Shown: piece by piece, positions 1 through 9,889 of the stretch
How positions within the stretch are numbered: position 1 is the stretch's first letter
How the letters are laid out: each line of letters opens with the position of its first letter
Position numbers and translations under genes: made by a program
Assembly: GCA_965226375.1 (NCBI GenBank)
Contig: CBDDCX010000008.1
Location: forward strand, 128,001 to 192,000
From: Longimicrobiales bacterium
GTDB lineage: Bacteria; Gemmatimonadota; Gemmatimonadetes; Longimicrobiales; Gaopeijiaceae
DNA length: 64,000 nucleotides
Reading direction: 5' to 3'
Notes under the pieces: generated by a model
Database searches by the model: none
Seen by the model: the letters and a program-made list of their open reading frames with translations, nothing else
Told to the model about the DNA's origin: nothing

Positions 1-1575
1 GAGACCCGGAGTATGCGTGAAGAGCGTTTCGCCCGTCTGTGAGTGGTAGGGGCCACCGCCCTTCAGGTATCCCCCGTACGGCACGCGAATCACAACCGGG
101 GCCGAAAAATCCCCAGCCGTCCGGTATCTCATGGTGGCCAGCTCGTTCCGGATCTGCATGAATGCCGGCCAGATGTAGTCGAAGAACTGAATCTCGATCA
201 CCGGCTTGAGACCGCGCTGCGCCATCCCGATGGCCCGGCCCACGATGCTGGCCTCGGCGAGCGGAGAGTTGAAGACACGCTGACCCCCAAAACGGGTCTG
301 CAGGCCATGGGTCACCTTGAACACGCCGCCTTTGCCCTTGACCTCTGATAGAATATCCTCCCGCGAGGCGTCGGCAACGTCCTCTCCGAACACGACGATT
401 CGGGGATTGCGCTCCATTTCGTCGCGCATGCAGGCGTTCAGGAGATCGACTACTGTCAAATCCCGGTCGTCGTTGAACTCCGGTGAATCCTCGGTGTCGA
501 ACTCGGGCCCCGTTGGATCGACCTCTTCCGAGTAGAGGTGATGCAGCACGGTCTCGGGTGCGGGTTGGGGATGGGTCTCAGCCTCGTCCGCCGCTGCGGC
601 GACGGCGGTCTGGATCTCCTGATCCAGGGCGTCGAGCGCCTCGGCGGTCGAGATGCCCTGTTCGATGAGGAGCGTCCGCGTTCTCAGTAGCGGGTCTCGC
701 TTGGCCTCCTCTTCCCGCTCGGCCGCGGGGCGATACATCCGCTCATCGTCCGACATGGAGTGGGAGTACGGCCTGATCGTGTGCGCGTGAACGAGGGCGG
801 GCCCTTTGCGGGAACGACAGTGAGCCACGGCCTCACCGGAGGCCAAATAGCTGTCCACCAGGTCCGTGCCGTCGCACTCCTTGATGAGGAGATCCGGAAA
901 GCCCGCCACGAGCTTGGATATGCTCCCACCGGCCGTGTTGACCTCTACCGGAACGGAGATCGCGTACCCGTTGTCCTCAATGAGGAAGACGACGGGGAGC
1001 CTGAGATTGCAGGCGCAGTTCAGGGCCTCCCAGAATTCGCCTTCTGAGGTGGCCCCGTCTCCCGCACACACCAACACGACTTCGTCTTCATGAAAGCCGG
1101 TGAGCTCACCCTGGAGCTCCGGCACCCGCTCGACCCGCAACGCCGCCTCAGCGGCTCCGACGGCCTGCAAGAACTGGGTGCCGGTGGGCGACGACGCGCT
1201 GGCGATGTTGTACCTGACGTCTCCGAAGTGCGACGGCATCTGTCGGCCGGCACTGTTGGGATCGTCGTGAGCCCCTACGGCTCCGAGAAGATGATCGAGA
1301 GGGGTCTGGCCGGCGGCTAGGGCCAAGGCCCGGTCGCGGTAATAGAGGTAGAACCAGTCATGGCCGCCCTTCAAATGGGCGGCCATCGCTACCTGAATAG
1401 CTTCGTGCCCGGCACCCGAGATCTGAAAGTAGATCTTATTCTGGCGCTTGAGTGCGATCTCACGGTCATCCAGCCGTCGAGCGGTGACCATGGTTCGGTA
1501 GGCGTCTAACAACCAGCCGGGGTCGAGGCCCGGCTGGTCAGCGGTCGTGATGATGTTCTGCTCTTTCGTTGCCAT
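1..1575 (-). CDS. 2-oxoacid dehydrogenase E1, fused alpha/beta subunits (runs off the left edge)
   Basis: Not in the ORF track. Manual minus-strand translation from ATG 1575 gives MATKEQN...[21 protein letters not shown] (alpha) and ...[35 protein letters not shown]...GGPYHSQ (beta). Confidence 0.9.
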   Translation of the reverse strand, partial: MATKEQNIITTADQPGLDPGWLLDAYRTMVTARRLDDREIALKRQNKIYFQISGAGHEAIQVAMAAHLKGGHDWFYLYYRDRALALAAGQTPLDHLLGAVGAHDDPNSAGRQMPSHFGDVRYNIASASSPTGTQFLQAVGAAEAALRVERVPELQGELTGFHEDEVVLVCAGDGATSEGEFWEALNCACNLRLPVVFLIEDNGYAISVPVEVNTAGGSISKLVAGFPDLLIKECDGTDLVDSYLASGEAVAHCRSRKGPALVHAHTIRPYSHSMSDDERMYRPAAEREEEAKRDPLLRTRTLLIEQGISTAEALDALDQEIQTAVAAAADEAETHPQPAPETVLHHLYSEEVDPTGPEFDTEDSPEFNDDRDLTVVDLLNACMRDEMERNPRIVVFGEDVADASREDILSEVKGKGGVFKVTHGLQTRFGGQRVFNSPLAEASIVGRAIGMAQRGLKPVIEIQFFDYIWPAFMQIRNELATMRYRTAGDFSAPVVIRVPYGGYLKGGGPYHSQTGETLFTHTPGL

Positions 1576-1649
1576 CAAATCCCGGGACTCAAGGTGCGGT
1601 CGGACAGCCCATAAGATAGCCAAACGTCGAATCAGAGTGGAGCATCAAC

Positions 1650-3773
1650 CTACCTTCCATGTCCCACGCGGGCTGTGAGCTGCTCCGACAGAGCCTCGGG
1701 GTCGGTCACCGGGGCGAGACACGCGTAGCTCTCGCAAACATAAGCCGTGGGTTTGTTTTCGCGTGTATTTCGGTCCACCAGAACAGGGACGGACTCGTAC
1801 ACCGCCTCTCCCGGTGCGGCTCCCGCGATTGTGCGGTTCGGAAGGTACGGCTCCAGCGCCGCCGCGAGCAGTGCGCGGGTCGCGGGGTCGGCCCTCTCTC
1901 CGATAATCGCGATCTCGACGGGGGCGGCGATGGTACGGTCCAGACCCGAGAGAAGACGTCCGAACGCGCCTGGGAACCGCGCCAGGGACCCGGCCTCCCG
2001 CGCTAGAACCCGCTCGGCAACGTCCTGATCGCGCTCGTCACCGAAGAGGTGGGCCGTTCTCAAGAGGAGCTCCACTGCAAGCGAATTTCCAGATGGAGTG
2101 GCATTATCCATGATGTCGCGGGGCCGAACGATCAGTGACTCACCGTCCACCGGTGCGTCGTAAAACACTTTGGCGTCCTCATCCCAAAAGAGGGTGATCA
2201 TCCGCTCGGTGATCCAACGAATCTCCTCGAGCCAGTGTGGCTCGAGGGTGACCTCGTAGACGGTTACCATCGCGTTACCGACCGCTCCGTAGTCCTCCAG
2301 GAAGGCGTCGATACGCGACTCGCCGTCCTTGTAAGACCGGAGGAGGCGGTCGTCCCGTCGCATCTTGGAGAGTATGAACTCGAGTCCGGTTACTGCGGCC
2401 TCCACGTAGCGGTCGCTCCCGAGGGCTCCCCCGGCCTCGGCCAGTGCCCTGATCGCCATGCCATTCCAGCTCGCGAGCACCTTTTCGTCTCGAAAAGGAG
2501 CCTCCCTGAGATTTCGGGCCTTCAACAGCCGGTCACCCGCCTCACGCAGTTGTGCACGGAGCCGTTCCGGGTCCAGCTTCTCGCTCCTCGCTATGGCCTC
2601 CAGGTCATGGGGCAAGTGCAGAATGTTTCTCCCCTCGAAGTTTCCGGCGTCGCTGACATCGTAGCAGCGCTCGAATAGGGCTGCGACTTCGCTTTCCAGC
2701 ACCTCCCGAACCTGGGCCGGGGTCCACACGTAAAAGATGCCCTCCTCACCCTCCGAGTCGGCGTCCAGCGCCGAGTAGAATCCCCCGTCGACGTCGCGCA
2801 TGTCCCTCAGCAGATGGTCCAGCGTCTGCTCTGCCACGTCCCTCAGGTCCGTGTCTCCAGTGGCCTGGAAGGCATTCAGGTAGACCCTAGCCAGCAGCGC
2901 GTTGTCGTACAGCATCTTCTCGAAGTGTGGAACCAGCCATCGTGCGTCCACCGAGTATCGATGGAATCCACCTCCCAGTTGGTCGTGCATGCCCCCCCCG
3001 GCCATCTTGCGGAGCGTGTGTGTGACCATACCCAAGGCATGGTCGTCTCCGGTTCGGGCGTGGACCCTCAGGGCCAGCTCGAGGGTCACGGGTTGGGGGA
3101 ACTTCGGTGCGTCTCCGAATCCGCCGTGGGTGGGATCGAAGCGCGAGGAGAGGAAACGGTAGGCGTGGTCGAGGAGGTCGGCGTCGACGAGCCTTTCGCC
3201 GTCTTTCGTCATCGGTCCTTCGCCGGCTTCGGCCGTACTACGCGACAGGATCTCTCGAAGCTCGCCGGCGTTCTTGGCCACCTCGTCCCGTCTCTCGCCA
3301 TAGGCATTCTGGATGGCGTCCAGGATTTGACGAAAGGACGGCAACCCGTGGCGGGCCTCGGGTGGAAAGTATGTGCCTCCGTAAAAGGGTTCTCCATCGG
3401 GCGTAAGGAACGCGGTGAGCGGCCACCCACCCTGTCCCGACATGGCCTGCACCGCGCGCATATAGACCGAATCGATATCGGGCCGCTCCTCCCGGTCCAC
3501 CTTGATGTTCACGAACCCGTGGTTCATGGCCTCGGCCGTGGTCGGATCCTCGAACGACTCGTGCGCCATGACGTGGCACCAGTGGCAAGCCGAATAGCCG
3601 ATCGATAGCAGGATGGGCACGTCCCTCTCCCGGGCGCTGGCAAAGGCCTCATCTCCCCACGGATACCAGTCCACTGGATTGTCGGCGTGCTGCTGAAGGT
3701 AGGGGCTGCTCTCTCGAGACAGACGATTGGCCACTCGGAACTCCCTGGTTTCGGCGACCGCCACCTTAGTCAA
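1650..3773 (-). CDS. Thioredoxin-domain / six-hairpin glycosidase-like protein (YyaL/SSP411, DUF255)
   Basis: [45 protein letters not shown] motifs. Confidence 0.93.
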   Translation of the reverse strand: MTKVAVAETREFRVANRLSRESSPYLQQHADNPVDWYPWGDEAFASARERDVPILLSIGYSACHWCHVMAHESFEDPTTAEAMNHGFVNIKVDREERPDIDSVYMRAVQAMSGQGGWPLTAFLTPDGEPFYGGTYFPPEARHGLPSFRQILDAIQNAYGERRDEVAKNAGELREILSRSTAEAGEGPMTKDGERLVDADLLDHAYRFLSSRFDPTHGGFGDAPKFPQPVTLELALRVHARTGDDHALGMVTHTLRKMAGGGMHDQLGGGFHRYSVDARWLVPHFEKMLYDNALLARVYLNAFQATGDTDLRDVAEQTLDHLLRDMRDVDGGFYSALDADSEGEEGIFYVWTPAQVREVLESEVAALFERCYDVSDAGNFEGRNILHLPHDLEAIARSEKLDPERLRAQLREAGDRLLKARNLREAPFRDEKVLASWNGMAIRALAEAGGALGSDRYVEAAVTGLEFILSKMRRDDRLLRSYKDGESRIDAFLEDYGAVGNAMVTVYEVTLEPHWLEEIRWITERMITLFWDEDAKVFYDAPVDGESLIVRPRDIMDNATPSGNSLAVELLLRTAHLFGDERDQDVAERVLAREAGSLARFPGAFGRLLSGLDRTIAAPVEIAIIGERADPATRALLAAALEPYLPNRTIAGAAPGEAVYESVPVLVDRNTRENKPTAYVCESYACLAPVTDPEALSEQLTARVGHGR

Positions 3774-3928
3774 AGAACCGTGAAACGGCCACCTATCGTA
3801 GAAGGTTAGCGCCTTTCGGGCTGGTAGGGAGGACTTTCTCCACTACCATTATCGTTGAATTCGTTTGGAGCCACGGGTAGATTCAATAATCAAATGTTTC
3901 CGGATGTGTTTTTGACGGCTCCGTTACC

Positions 3929-4210
3929 GTGAGAATCCACTTGGAATCGATTTACGTACGGTTGACGAAGGCAGCGATTCGAAGGCCTTCGCTGATCCCG
4001 GGTCTCCTGGGTACTGCATGGGCGTTTCGGGCAAATCGATGGTACTTGAGGCCCCCCTTCCTCCCCATTCCGCCGCGGAGCTACATGAGATGGCGGATGG
4101 AGACTGCATACGGGGATGCGGGGGCGGCACCTCCGGTGACGGAGCTGGAGCGGTATGTCCGGTGGGGGTCTGAGATGCGAAAGCGCATGAAAGTGAAGAC
4201 GGCGCCGTGA
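3929..4210 (+). CDS. Small hypothetical protein
   Basis: 93 aa, GTGA overlap with the next gene, plausible composition (PPFLPIPPRSYMRWRMETAYG). Confidence 0.65.
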   Translation: MRIHLESIYVRLTKAAIRRPSLIPGLLGTAWAFRANRWYLRPPFLPIPPRSYMRWRMETAYGDAGAAPPVTELERYVRWGSEMRKRMKVKTAP

Positions 4211-4578
4211 CCAAACTCTTTCTCATGATCATTTTCGGCCTTGTCGCGGCGTTGTATTTTCCCGATAGCCGCCAGATGATCATCGACGAGGCCATGCCGG
4301 TGCTACAGCCCGTGCTGGTCTGGAATGCGGAGCGGGAGATGGAGGATCTTTCGAGGGCCGTGAGAAGGCAGTTCCGCGAAACCTACCGTCTGCCGGGCCG
4401 CCGCGAGTGGAGCAGCTGGCTCGAGACCAATTTCTCCGGGGGCGGGGGTGACGATCCCTGGGGGCAGTCCTACAGCTACCAGGCCTGGGCCGACTCCTTC
4501 GCGATTCAGTCCTTCGGTCCGGATGGGCAGCAGGGGAATGACGACGACCTTCGTATTTCGAAACATCGCCCATTCTAG
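4207..4578 (+). CDS. Membrane-anchored protein with GspG/pseudopilin-like C-terminal domain
   Basis: N-terminal TM segment; C-terminal DPWGQSYSY...SFGPDGQQGNDDD typical of T2SSG domains. Confidence 0.7.
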   Translation: MTKLFLMIIFGLVAALYFPDSRQMIIDEAMPVLQPVLVWNAEREMEDLSRAVRRQFRETYRLPGRREWSSWLETNFSGGGGDDPWGQSYSYQAWADSFAIQSFGPDGQQGNDDDLRISKHRPF

Positions 4579-4636
4579 CGGCTTTTCCGGCTGCGCTAGT
4601 CACCTCCACTGACCCCGACCCCGTGCCTCCCTCGTC

Positions 4637-6526
4637 ATGATCGAGTGGATCGGAACCTACCTGGCGGTCTACGGTCCGCTCCTCGTCGGGGCCATGGCCT
4701 TGTTCGAGACCGCTCTGATCATTGGCCTGGTGCTGCCGGCGGAGCCGACCATCATCGTGGCCACCGCCTTTGCGCTGGAGGGTCACTTCAGCTTCACTGC
4801 GGTGGTGGTGGCCGCCCTGGTGGGCGCCACGCTCGGCGATTCGTGCGGGTTCATGTTGGGGCGGTATGGGGGGCGCCGCTTCTTGCGCAGGAAGGGCCGC
4901 CTCGCAAGGGCTGCCCGGCGTCACCAGGATCGGACATCTGCCCTGTTCGAGCGTCACGGAGTCCTTTCGATCACGATGGCCCGACTGATCCCGTTCGCTC
5001 GCACCCTCATGCCTCTGGCGGCCGGCGCGACACGCATGACCTATCGCCGCTTCCTTGTCTTCGACCTCCTCGGCATCGCCGGTTGGGGCTTGGTCGGATT
5101 GGGCTTCGCCTATGGGGCGGCTCGAGGCTGGCAGGTCGGAGCGGAGGTTCTGGGCCTCGGATGGGCAGCACTGCTGGCCGCAGTCGCGGCGATGGCGATC
5201 CTTGCGGTGAAGGGCCGGATTTTCGAGGCGCCTGATGCTCCCGAGTTGGTTGCGATCGGCCTCACGGGCAACGTGGCTGCAGGCAAGTCGGCCGTTGCGG
5301 CATTTTGGGAGGACGGCGGGGTGCCCGTGGTCAGCGCGGACACCCTGGCCCGCGAGGCGGTGGTGCCGGGCAGTCCGGGTCTTGCGGCGGTGGTCGAGGC
5401 CTTTGGTGAGGCGATACTGAACGATGACGGCTCTCTCGACCGGTCTGCCCTGGGGGCTCTCGTGTTCCATGACAAAGAGGCCCGCACGACCCTGGAGGCG
5501 ATTCTGCACCCGCGCATATCGGTGCTACGCGACCGCTGGATGAGGAAACGGGTCAGCGAGGGAATTTCTCTCGCGGTCTGGGAAGTGCCGTTACTGTTCG
5601 AGACGGGTCTCGATGCCGATGTCGATGTGACGGTCCTGGTGGACGCTGCAGCGGACGTTCGGCTCGCCCGACTCACCGGCGGGCGAGGCCTCGATGAACA
5701 GCGGGCACGCGGGATCATGGCCAGCCAGATGGATCCCGATCTCAAGCGTGACCGGGCGGACCACGTGTTGGTCAACGAGGGCACCCTTGGAGAGTTGGAG
5801 GCCTCTGCCTCCGATCTATTGGACCAGATCCGTAACAGGACCCAAGTGGGCCTGGGTCCTCCCCCCAGTCGAATTCGTGTCGACATGCACCTCCACACCC
5901 GGGCTTCGTTCGATTGCCTTTCCGATCCCATCCGGGTAATCGAGGCCGCCAAAGCCAAGGGGGTCCAGCGTATCGCCATCACCGATCACAACCGTCTGAG
6001 CCTGGCCTTGGAGATGGCAGAAGCGTTTCCGGGCGTGGTGATTCCGGGCGAGGAAGTGAAGACGGCGGAGGGCATCGACGTGATCGGCTTGTACCTCGAG
6101 GAGGAGATCCCGAAAGGGACACCGGCCAGGGAAGTCTGCCGACTGGTCCATGAGCAGGGGGGAATCGTGTACCTTCCCCATCCGTATGCGAGCGGCAAGG
6201 GCGGATCCGGCCGATATGCCGAAGAGCTTGCTCCGCTGGTCGATGTGGTCGAGGTTTTCAACGCGCGGCTTCATCCCGGGAGGCTGAACGAGCCTGGGGA
6301 GGAGCTGGCGGCACGTTGGTCGAAGGCGAGGGGAGCCGGCTCTGACGCTCACACTGTGGGCGAGGTTGCGGGGGGATTCGTGGAGGTGGTGGATCACCCG
6401 AATGAGCCGGCGGCCTTGTTGGAGGCTCTTGCGGGAGCGCGCATCCGGGGTGTGACCACGCCCTGGTCGGTGCACCTGGCTTCTACATGGGCCAAGGTGA
6501 GAAAGCGACTGCCCTTTTCGGAATAG
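4637..6526 (+). CDS. coaE: Triple fusion: DedA/VTT membrane domain + dephospho-CoA kinase + PHP phosphoesterase
   Basis: DedA motifs (ETALIIGLVLPAE, GDSCGF, ARLIPFARTL); CoaE P-loop IGLTGNVAAGKS, LHPRI, EVPLLFE; PHP motifs DMHLHT, ITDHN, GEEV, EVFN, GSDAH in one uninterrupted ORF. Confidence 0.85.
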   Translation: MIEWIGTYLAVYGPLLVGAMALFETALIIGLVLPAEPTIIVATAFALEGHFSFTAVVVAALVGATLGDSCGFMLGRYGGRRFLRRKGRLARAARRHQDRTSALFERHGVLSITMARLIPFARTLMPLAAGATRMTYRRFLVFDLLGIAGWGLVGLGFAYGAARGWQVGAEVLGLGWAALLAAVAAMAILAVKGRIFEAPDAPELVAIGLTGNVAAGKSAVAAFWEDGGVPVVSADTLAREAVVPGSPGLAAVVEAFGEAILNDDGSLDRSALGALVFHDKEARTTLEAILHPRISVLRDRWMRKRVSEGISLAVWEVPLLFETGLDADVDVTVLVDAAADVRLARLTGGRGLDEQRARGIMASQMDPDLKRDRADHVLVNEGTLGELEASASDLLDQIRNRTQVGLGPPPSRIRVDMHLHTRASFDCLSDPIRVIEAAKAKGVQRIAITDHNRLSLALEMAEAFPGVVIPGEEVKTAEGIDVIGLYLEEEIPKGTPAREVCRLVHEQGGIVYLPHPYASGKGGSGRYAEELAPLVDVVEVFNARLHPGRLNEPGEELAARWSKARGAGSDAHTVGEVAGGFVEVVDHPNEPAALLEALAGARIRGVTTPWSVHLASTWAKVRKRLPFSE

Positions 6527-6536
6527 CGATCTGTCC

Positions 6537-7562
6537 ATGACCTACCAGACTCCCGCATCCAGATCTGCGGATATCGAGGCCGTTCTGGAGGCTCTGGACG
6601 GTAGCGAGACGGTCATCCTCACCACCCACATAAATGCGGACGGGGACGGCCTCGGGTCCGAGGTGGCGCTGGCCGCTTGGCTTCGTGCCGGGGGGACCGA
6701 GGCGTATATCATCAACCCGACCGCCGTGCCCAAGTCCCTCCACTTTATCGTTTCCGACGAAACGTGGGTGCTCGATGCGGGTGCGTCCCGAGCCCGGGAG
6801 CTCTGTGACAGTGCCGACGTAGCTGTGGTGTTGGACACCGGTGAGGTGCCACGAATCGGGCGAGTGAGGCCGCTCATCGAGCGTCTTCCCACGATCGTCG
6901 TCGACCATCACCCCAGGGGAGATCAACCGATCTCGGGGGTCTCGTTCCGCGACTCGACGGCGTGTGCCACCGGTGAGCTCGTTTTCGACATCATCCTGGC
7001 GGCCGGGGGGCCGTGGCCCTCCGTCGGGGATTTGGCCATGTACGTGGCCATCCTCACCGACACGGGCTCGTTCCGTTTCAGCAACTCCACGCCCGCCAGC
7101 CACAACATCGCGGCCGAACTCGTCCGGCGCGGTGTGAGTCCCGAGCAAGTCCACCGTCGTGTCTATGGCAGCTCCCCGCAACGTCGGTTGCAGCTGTTGC
7201 GCAGTGCGCTGGGAGAGCTCGAGGTCGACGCTGAAGCGCGAGTGGCGTGGATGACGGTTCCTTCGGAGGCGTACGACCGGCTAGCCGCCACGACTGACGA
7301 CCTCGAGGGATTGGTTGATTACCCGCGCGTCGTGGAGGGGGTCGAGGTCGGTCTTCTCTTTCGACGCACCTCGAGGGGTGGCATCAAGATCTCGTTTCGC
7401 TCCAACGGAGACGTGGATGTAAACGAGCTCGCCGGCCGTTTCGGTGGCGGTGGTCACGTCCGAGCGTCTGGGGCACTGGTCCAGGGGGAGTTGGAGCAGG
7501 TGCGTGACGAGGTCGTCGCCGCGACCATGGCCGCCGTGGAGCTATTGGGCGCCGGGGGGTAA
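6537..7562 (+). CDS. nrnA: DHH/DHHA1 oligoribonuclease / pAp phosphatase
   Basis: THINADGDGLGS, VDHH, TDTGSF, SFRS, GGGGH motifs. Confidence 0.9.
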   Translation: MTYQTPASRSADIEAVLEALDGSETVILTTHINADGDGLGSEVALAAWLRAGGTEAYIINPTAVPKSLHFIVSDETWVLDAGASRARELCDSADVAVVLDTGEVPRIGRVRPLIERLPTIVVDHHPRGDQPISGVSFRDSTACATGELVFDIILAAGGPWPSVGDLAMYVAILTDTGSFRFSNSTPASHNIAAELVRRGVSPEQVHRRVYGSSPQRRLQLLRSALGELEVDAEARVAWMTVPSEAYDRLAATTDDLEGLVDYPRVVEGVEVGLLFRRTSRGGIKISFRSNGDVDVNELAGRFGGGGHVRASGALVQGELEQVRDEVVAATMAAVELLGAGG

Positions 7563-7615
7563 GATTAAGGGCGGCGGTGGATGGCGTCGGGGTAGTCCGC
7601 ATTCGCTGACGCTCC

Positions 7616-7887
7616 AGAAGGCTGTTGAAGAAGGACGGTGGGTCGCGCACAGGGGTCTTGCGAGGCTCAGACTAGGAACGACGACGAGTCGTAGCAGGGC
7701 TACGGCGAGGAGGAGAGACAACGTATGAGACCGCAACCCCCCTGTGCCCTCCGGGTTAGGGCGGCGAGGGCCCATCGCGGGTGTTGGCGCTCCTCCCCGA
7801 TACTTAAGCATCGCGTCGTCGCGCCGCCTACGCGCTGGACCCTCGGCGCTCCTAACGCGACCCGCTGTACTTCTTCAACAGCCTTCT
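7616..7887. mobile_element. Non-coding MITE-like element with perfect 18-bp terminal inverted repeats
   Basis: AGAAGGCTGTTGAAGAAG (7616-7633) / CTTCTTCAACAGCCTTCT (7870-7887); nested internal stems; intergenic. Confidence 0.7.
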
Positions 7888-7900
7888 AAGGCTTCCTAAA

Positions 7901-8332
7901 GTGGAGAAACGAGTGAAGGATAATCGTGGACCGGGAGTGCCCGAAGCCATTCCGAGGACACTTCAGCTGGTCGCTCGCAGCTTGGGCGAAGGGGAGATCG
8001 ACCGGCTCTGGGTCTTCCCTCCGCTGATTCGCGGGCGCAAGGAGTGGGGGCTGGTTGCCGCGAGTTGCTTCGCGGACGGAGGTGCAAGGCGCCTCTACAC
8101 TGCCCAGTATTCCGCGGAACGATCCGGCACCAGCCTGACTGTGGATGCCGGTATGGCTGAGGAAGGCGAGGCACCGCCCGATCGGCTCCCCCGAGTCATG
8201 AAGGGGGTAGTACGAAGAAGCGAGGCCGATCTGGGCGAGCCCCGCACGGTTGTGATCGCCGGTGACCCCGAGAAATTTCGGGAGTTCATGAGCGAGTTCG
8301 ATCCATCACTTTTGGGGTCTACAGAAACGTGA
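7901..8332 (+). CDS. Hypothetical protein
   Basis: 143-aa ORF with GTGA overlap with the Fur gene. Confidence 0.75.
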   Translation: MEKRVKDNRGPGVPEAIPRTLQLVARSLGEGEIDRLWVFPPLIRGRKEWGLVAASCFADGGARRLYTAQYSAERSGTSLTVDAGMAEEGEAPPDRLPRVMKGVVRRSEADLGEPRTVVIAGDPEKFREFMSEFDPSLLGSTET

Positions 8333-8829
8333 AGACACTGCACGACCCGTCACCCTTCGTCCGACTTTTCGGACGCTATCTCAGGGAACAGGGCCTGCCC
8401 GTGACGCATCAACGGGAGGTGGTGGCGAAGGTGGTCTTCGGTTCGGACGAGCACCTCTCTGTCGACGAGATTGAACGCGTGCTCCGCTCGACCGGACAGC
8501 GGATCGGAAAAGCGACCATTTATCGGACGCTGGACCTTCTCGTAAAGAGCAAGCTCGTGGCCGAGCATGACTTCGGAGAGGGGTTCAAACGGTACGAGCA
8601 TCGTCTGTCGCCGGAGCCGATTCACGAGCATCTGATCTGCCTCAACTGCGGCAGGGTTCTCGAGTTCCAGAGCCCGGATATTCACCGGATCGAGGCCATG
8701 GTGACGGCCCGGCACGGCTTCCGTCCCGCCCACCACAAGCTCGAAATCTACGGCCTTTGCCGGGAGTGCTCAGAGGCCGGCATCGAGCTGACGCCCGGGG
8801 GCCTGGTGTGCCCCATCGAGACTCTGTGA
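8329..8829 (+). CDS. Fur-family transcriptional regulator
   Basis: THQR, HLS, ATIYRTL, HEHLICLNCG, YGLCREC. Confidence 0.92.
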   Translation: MKTLHDPSPFVRLFGRYLREQGLPVTHQREVVAKVVFGSDEHLSVDEIERVLRSTGQRIGKATIYRTLDLLVKSKLVAEHDFGEGFKRYEHRLSPEPIHEHLICLNCGRVLEFQSPDIHRIEAMVTARHGFRPAHHKLEIYGLCRECSEAGIELTPGGLVCPIETL

Positions 8830-8875
8830 TCGAAACCCCCAAGGGCGGTGTTGGCTGCCGTACCCCGCGGGTGAG

Positions 8876-9889
8876 GTGACCATGCCCAACCGTCGATCTT
8901 CGCAGACCCCCGGTCGAGGCTTCGAGCCCGAAGGAGCTCCCGAACAGGGCGGACAGCTACCTCCAGGTCTCTCGGATCTACCGTGGGAGTTGCCGCACAC
9001 GTACCTGGGTCTCGACGAGTCAGCGACCGATTTTGCCAATGCGGGGGCTGTGATCCTACCGGTTCCGTACGAGACCACGACCAGCTATGGGGGTGGAGCC
9101 CGGAATGGGCCCGGCGCCATCGTCGAGGCGTCGCGGTACATCGAGCTCTACGATCAGGAGCTCCGTACCGACCCGTCCAGGGTGGGAATTCACACGCTAC
9201 CGGCGTTGGAGCTGAGCCGTGACGGGGCGCCGGCTGCCATGGCCGAGCTCGAGGCCGCGTACGCCCGGGTGGCTCATGTGGTCCAGAACCGGTTTCTGGT
9301 CATGCTCGGTGGGGAGCACGCCGTTTCTGCTCCGGCCATCCGCGCTCAAGCAGCACGGGTCGGGCGGCTCAGCGTACTTCAACTCGACGCGCATGCAGAC
9401 CTTCGAGCGGAGTTCGAAGGGTCGGCATACTCTCACGCCTGTGCCATGGCGAGGGTGCTGGATGTAGCGGACCTGGTGTCGGTGGGCGTACGAGGCGTTA
9501 GCGAAGAAGAGGTCGGTGTGGCCGACTCGAAGGAGGGAGTCACGTTGATCTGGGCGGACGAAATGTGGGAAGACGACGCCTGGATGGACCGTGCTCTCTC
9601 GGCTTTGGGCGACCCGGTCTACCTGACCTTCGATGTGGACTACTTCGATCCTTCGCTCGTGCCTTCCACCGGCACCCCGGAGCCCGGGGGAGGGGACTGG
9701 TATCGCACCCTCCGCTTTCTGAGACGTGTCTTCGGGGAGAGAACGGTGGTCGCATGCGATGTGGTCGAGCTCGCCCCCACTCCTGGAGTGCACGCCCCGG
9801 ATTTTCTGGTGGCCAAGCTGGTGTATAAGCTCATTGGGTACCGCTTTGAAGGCGGGCTCGTCGGCAAGGGTCCCGATGAATCCACCTGA
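8876..9889 (+). CDS. speB: Agmatinase (ureohydrolase)
   Basis: GGEH, DAHAD, SHAC, DVDYFDPS..TGTPEPGG. Confidence 0.92.
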   Translation: MTMPNRRSSQTPGRGFEPEGAPEQGGQLPPGLSDLPWELPHTYLGLDESATDFANAGAVILPVPYETTTSYGGGARNGPGAIVEASRYIELYDQELRTDPSRVGIHTLPALELSRDGAPAAMAELEAAYARVAHVVQNRFLVMLGGEHAVSAPAIRAQAARVGRLSVLQLDAHADLRAEFEGSAYSHACAMARVLDVADLVSVGVRGVSEEEVGVADSKEGVTLIWADEMWEDDAWMDRALSALGDPVYLTFDVDYFDPSLVPSTGTPEPGGGDWYRTLRFLRRVFGERTVVACDVVELAPTPGVHAPDFLVAKLVYKLIGYRFEGGLVGKGPDEST

